From positions 1,488,001-1,552,000 of the forward strand of contig CATNEN010000009.1 of the NCBI GenBank assembly GCA_950097015.1: a DNA stretch of 64,000 nt. Reading direction: 5' to 3'. A program made the position numbers and the translations under genes. The notes below the pieces were generated by a model. That model was not told the origin of the DNA, did no database searches, and saw nothing but the letters and a program-made list of their open reading frames with translations. Origin of the DNA: Macrostomum hystrix (taxonomy: Eukaryota > Animalia > Platyhelminthes). Position 1 is the first letter of the stretch. Each line of letters begins with the position of its first letter. Shown piece after piece: positions 61,001 to 64,000 of this stretch.

Positions 61001-62606
61001 GAAGTACCTGGAGGCCATGCAGGTCACCCACCGGGATCTGGCATGCCGCAACTGCCTGCTGGGCGAAGACTTCCAGGTAGAAGCTGATGATGCGGCTTTA
61101 ATGTTCAACTATGAAACTGCCTCACATGGAGGATATAAAACCGCGAAGATGACAGAAAGTCATCTCATCCATCCATTCCATTCCATCCATCCCATCCCAT
61201 TCCATCCCATCCATCCCATTCCATCCATCCCATCCCATTCCATCCCATCCATCCCATCCATTCCATTCCATTCCATCCCATTACATCCCATTACATTCCA
61301 TCCATCCCATCCATTCCATTCCATTCCATCCCATTACATCCCATCCATCCCATCCATTCCATTCCATTCCATCCCATTACATCCCATTACATTCCATCCA
61401 TCCCATCCATTCCATTCCATTCCATCCCATTACATCCCATTACATTCCATCCATCCCATCCATTCCATTCCATTCCATCCCATTCCATCCCATCCATCCC
61501 ATCCATTCCATTCCATTCCATCCCATTACATCCCATTACATTCCATCCATCCCATCCATTCCATTCCATTCCATCCCATTACATCCCATCCATCCCATCC
61601 ATTCCATTCCATTCCATCCCATTACATCCCATTACATTCCATCCATCCCATCCATTCCATTCCATTCCATCCCATTACATCCCATTACATTCCATCCATC
61701 CCATCCATTCCATTCCATTCCATCCATCCCATCCATTCCATTCCATCCCATTCCATCCCATCCATCCCATCCATTCCATCCCATCCATTCCATCCCATCC
61801 ATTCCATTCCATTCATTCCATTCCATTCCATCCCAACCCATTCCATCCCATTCCACCCCATTCCATCCCATTCCATCCCATTCAATTCCATCCATTCCAT
61901 CCCATCCCATTCCATCCCATTCCACCCCATTCCATCCCATTCAATTCCATCCATTCCATCCCAACCCATTCCATCCCATCCCATTCCATCCCATTCCACC
62001 CCATTCCATCCCATTCCATTTTATCCTTTCCATTCCATCCATTCCATTCCATCCATTCCATTCCATCCCACCCCATCCTATCTAATCCCAATCCCATTAT
62101 ATCGCATCGTATCTACACAAATAGTAAATTAACAGTGGCCGCTTGCTCATCCCCTTGGCCAGGTGAAAATCTGCGACTTCGGCATGTCTCGTCCGATCTA
62201 CTCCTCCGACTATTGCCGCGTGGACGGCGGCCGCGGCTCCGCCCTGCCCATCCGCTGGATGTCCTGGGAGGCCGTCCTGCAGGGCCGCTTCTCCAGCCGC
62301 AGCGACGTCTGGAGCTTCGCCGTGACGCTGTGGGAAATGCTCAGCTTCTGCCGGGAGCAGCCGTTCGCCAGCCTGACAGACGAGCAGGTGGTGGCAAACT
62401 GCCAGCACATCTGGCTCTGCGACGGCCTGGCGCAGGCCCTGCCCTGCCCGGCGGGCTGCCAGCGGGAGCTGTACGACCTGATGTGCGAGTGCTGGCAGCG
62501 GGACGAGGCGTGCAGGCCGGCCTTCCGCGAGATTCACCTGTTCCTGCAGCGGAAGAACATGGGCTTCGCGCCGGCAGATGACCGGCTGCTCAGGCAGCTG
62601 GCTTGA
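39979..62606 (+). CDS. DDR: Discoidin domain receptor tyrosine kinase (DDR family), about 1035 aa: join(39979..40039,45578..45695,46002..46152,50872..50979,52786..53437,58532..59548,60520..61076,62163..62606)
   Basis: Signal peptide, F5/8C discoidin domain (AWCP...VCLKFELFGC), DS-like domain (GGLGQLTD, EFEFD, WLLISE), TM helix, QGCSGNTVY juxtamembrane motif, kinase with GQFGEV, VAVK, HRDLACRN, DFGMSR, LPIRWM. All phases are compatible (3108 nt). Confidence 0.93.
40053..40792. repeat. 16-bp minisatellite (GAGACTGGGGAGAYAT) in DDR intron 1
   Basis: Starts about 13 nt after the donor at 40040; same family as 30420-30570. Confidence 0.95.
41822..42005. repeat. CT-rich repeat, about 22 bp
   Basis: TTCTCCCTTCCTCTCKCCCTTC units. 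Confidence 0.8.
43575..43605 (-). mobile_element. Possible third SINE-head fragment
   Basis: Reverse complement AGGTCGGGTGTTCGAATCTC resembles AGGTCGGGGGTTCGATTCTT of the copy at 29744; no CORE follows. Confidence 0.3.
45355..45542. repeat. 28-bp minisatellite (CAGTCCTAAATCTCAGCCCTTCATTTCA)
   Basis: About 6.5 copies, ending about 35 nt before the acceptor at 45577. Confidence 0.93.
45578..45695 (+). CDS. DDR: DDR exon 2, start of discoidin domain (NSEFNCRREDKPIRLVGELPNDSFNGSSYYAEYKPERAR)
   Basis: CCGCAG acceptor, GTGAGG donor; this reading frame is not in the ORF track. Confidence 0.85.
45782..45945. repeat. 15-bp minisatellite (GAAATCTCCCATCRA)
   Basis: About 11 copies in DDR intron 2. 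Confidence 0.92.
46002..46152 (+). CDS. DDR: DDR exon 3 (QAWCPLG...EWISVRF...TEPRLHKSVEL)
   Basis: CTCCAG acceptor, GTGAGC donor, AWCP motif. Confidence 0.9.
46238..46576. repeat. CT-rich 10-11 bp repeat (CTCTCTACCC)
   Basis: In DDR intron 3. Confidence 0.9.
47245..49582. repeat. 2.3-kb 21-bp minisatellite (GAGGAATAGAGTTTARAATGA)
   Basis: About 110 copies without indels; generates the spurious 723-879 aa ORFs. Confidence 0.97.
50872..50979 (+). CDS. DDR: DDR exon 4 (GEFTKQLVLQYKRADSEDYRNYSLVTLQDGRWHSTS)
   Basis: AACAG acceptor, GTGAGT donor; matches the EFSRSYRLRYSRDG block. Confidence 0.85.
50998..51300. repeat. 20-21 bp minisatellite (ACTCACCTACCAATCTGCTR)
   Basis: Starts about 18 nt after the donor at 50980. 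Confidence 0.93.
52285..52655. repeat. 19-bp minisatellite (GGGTCTAAGGAATGTCTAT)
   Basis: About 19 copies upstream of DDR exon 5. Confidence 0.92.
52786..53437 (+). CDS. DDR: DDR exon 5, end of DS domain and DS-like domain
   Basis: CCCAG acceptor, GTGAGT donor at 53438, strong DDR homology. Confidence 0.93.
53452..53925. repeat. 15-16 bp minisatellite (ATGCTGGAAACCTSRG)
   Basis: Starts about 14 nt after the donor at 53438. Confidence 0.93.
58532..59548 (+). CDS. DDR: DDR exon 6: Pro/Gly-rich stalk, TM helix and long intracellular juxtamembrane region
   Basis: TCGCAG acceptor, TM LTYIVIIVSSLLGAMLLMLTVGLLCL followed by RRRR, donor GTGAGC at 59549. Confidence 0.9.
60520..61076 (+). CDS. DDR: DDR exon 7, kinase N-lobe to catalytic loop
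   Basis: CCTCAG acceptor, GGGQFGEV, VAVKTL, HRDLACRN, donor GTAGAA at 61077. Confidence 0.94.
61162..62095. repeat. (CCATT/CCATC)n pentamer satellite in the last DDR intron
   Basis: About 930 bp of CCATT, CCATC and CATTA units. Confidence 0.95.
62163..62606 (+). CDS. DDR: DDR exon 8, kinase activation loop and C-lobe
   Basis: GCCAG acceptor, VKICDFGMSR...LPIRWMSWE...SDVWSFAVTLWE, TGA 62604-62606. Confidence 0.95.
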   Translation: MKICDFGMSRPIYSSDYCRVDGGRGSALPIRWMSWEAVLQGRFSSRSDVWSFAVTLWEMLSFCREQPFASLTDEQVVANCQHIWLCDGLAQALPCPAGCQRELYDLMCECWQRDEACRPAFREIHLFLQRKNMGFAPADDRLLRQLA

Positions 62607-63117
62607 GCCGCTGAAGCCATTCAGCTGTGGACTTTGATCCTTTTAATTTCTTGGAAAACTGACGATTGGCCTCATAAATGGAATTAGACTTTGAATTCTG
62701 TAAACCAAAGAATGTCCTAGACTGCCTACTGATGCTAACAGTCACTGAAGCATCCAGACTATTCCTGACACATTTGCCAAAGGTGGATAGCGACTGTGAC
62801 TCTGACTGGAGCAAGAAATATCCCAACAATGGACCGCAACTCACCTTATAGCCAGAAAAGACATGCGAAATTCTTACTTCTGTTCATCGCTCCGACACTC
62901 AACCTGTTTGTGATTGTTTAAATTCTCTCTTTGCAAAGATTTCTTTTTCGTTTTGGCTTTGTTAATTGGTCCACTCAGCATTGCATTTATTACTCCCACA
63001 AACCGTGTTTACCGGCGTGTCTGAAGCCCCCCCTAAGCCTGCAATCTGTTGTCCGTTGCTTAATTCAAACTGTACAGGCGTCATAATTATTGGATTAACT
63101 GGAGTACTGCATAAGCT

Positions 63118-63300
63118 GCACCTAGTACACCTGTGGGATTATTAGGTACACCGGTTGAATTAAATTGTACACCTGTTGTATTATTGGGTACCCCTATTGG
63201 GTTATAAGGTACACCTGTTTGATTATTAGGTACACCTGTTTGATTATTAGGTACACCTGTTTGGTTATCGGGTACCCCTGTTGGATTATTAGGTACACAT
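63118..63300. repeat. Degenerate repeat, about 21 bp (GTACACCTGTTTGATTATTAG)
   Basis: About 8 diverged copies. Confidence 0.75.
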
Positions 63301-63859
63301 GTTTTGCAACCTAATATAAACTTTGAGTCACCTGGTTCAACTGCAAGGTCACGCGGTACACCAGTTGGGTGACCTGCTACACCTGTTGGACAGGGGTGTA
63401 TTTTTCAGCACAATGCTTCAGTGGAGTTGTTGTTCTCACAGAATGAATCAAACGCTGCACCCGACTGTCATTTTTGTTCATTTACAAACGGTTTCAGTTA
63501 TTTAAAATTTCATTTTTGCAATTTTAATTTTTGCACTGGCCCTCAGATTAAGCACTATCTGTCATCTACTATTAGTAATATGAAAGCTTTCTATATTTTA
63601 TAGCACAAAACCTGGTCAAAATCCGATCCTAAACTTGTTGAATTCAATTGCAATAGCTTTGGCCATAGACTAATGCAATAATGTGTGTTCAAAAATATAT
63701 TGATCCGTACCGCTTGTCTTGTACTCTTCAGAGCTGCACCTTTCCAGTAAATATTCGGCTTGCACTTTATCAGTTGTGGGATCAGTGGCCTCTGCAACAA
63801 TCTACAAGGATTTATGGCAATGCACTCTACATCCTACCCTTCACTCTACAACCGGGCAA

Positions 63860-64000
63860 CCACTTCCGTAGTGGGCTGCTCCAGCCAATTAGTGCAGGGC
63901 GGAGGGGAGGGAGTAAGTAGTCAGTTGAATGGCTGCTCCAGCCAATCAGTGCAGGGCGGAGGGGAGGGGGGTAAGATGGCCTCTCTAGCCAATCAGTGCA
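63860..64000 (+). promoter_or_regulatory. Repeated CCAAT-box/GC-box module, either promoter-like or the start of a tandem repeat; truncated by the window end
   Basis: CCAAT at 63885, 63942 and 63989, each in the context AGCCAATYAGTGCA; GGGCGG follows the first two; ACTTCCG at 63862; AAGATGGC near 63974. Confidence 0.35.

Overview
Eukaryotic (metazoan) genomic DNA. GC-rich spliced exons are embedded in introns and intergenic DNA that are about 45% tandem repeat by my hand estimate. This style suggests a Macrostomum-like free-living flatworm, which is an inference. All recognisable genes are on the + strand: (1) the last coding exon of RCC1; (2) a 9-exon TMEM268/C9orf91 orthologue whose intron 5 has a perfect U12-type (minor spliceosome) donor GTATCCTTT; (3) an ankyrin-repeat exon that splices in frame to a STE11/MAP3K-type kinase, so probably one ANK-linker-polyQ-kinase protein of about 873 aa with atypical alphaC and APE motifs; (4) an 8-exon discoidin domain receptor (DDR) tyrosine kinase of about 1035 aa whose activation loop reads YxxxYC. 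About 30 distinct mini- or microsatellite arrays (5-46 bp units) are present, many starting or ending within tens of bases of splice sites. Two copies of a tRNA-headed CORE-like SINE occur, one continuing into a minisatellite. Most long ORFs in the supplied track are repeat artefacts. No CRISPR, rRNA or true tRNA gene was found. Exon boundaries were read by hand from GT-AG signals, phase continuity and recalled homology; no database searches were run.
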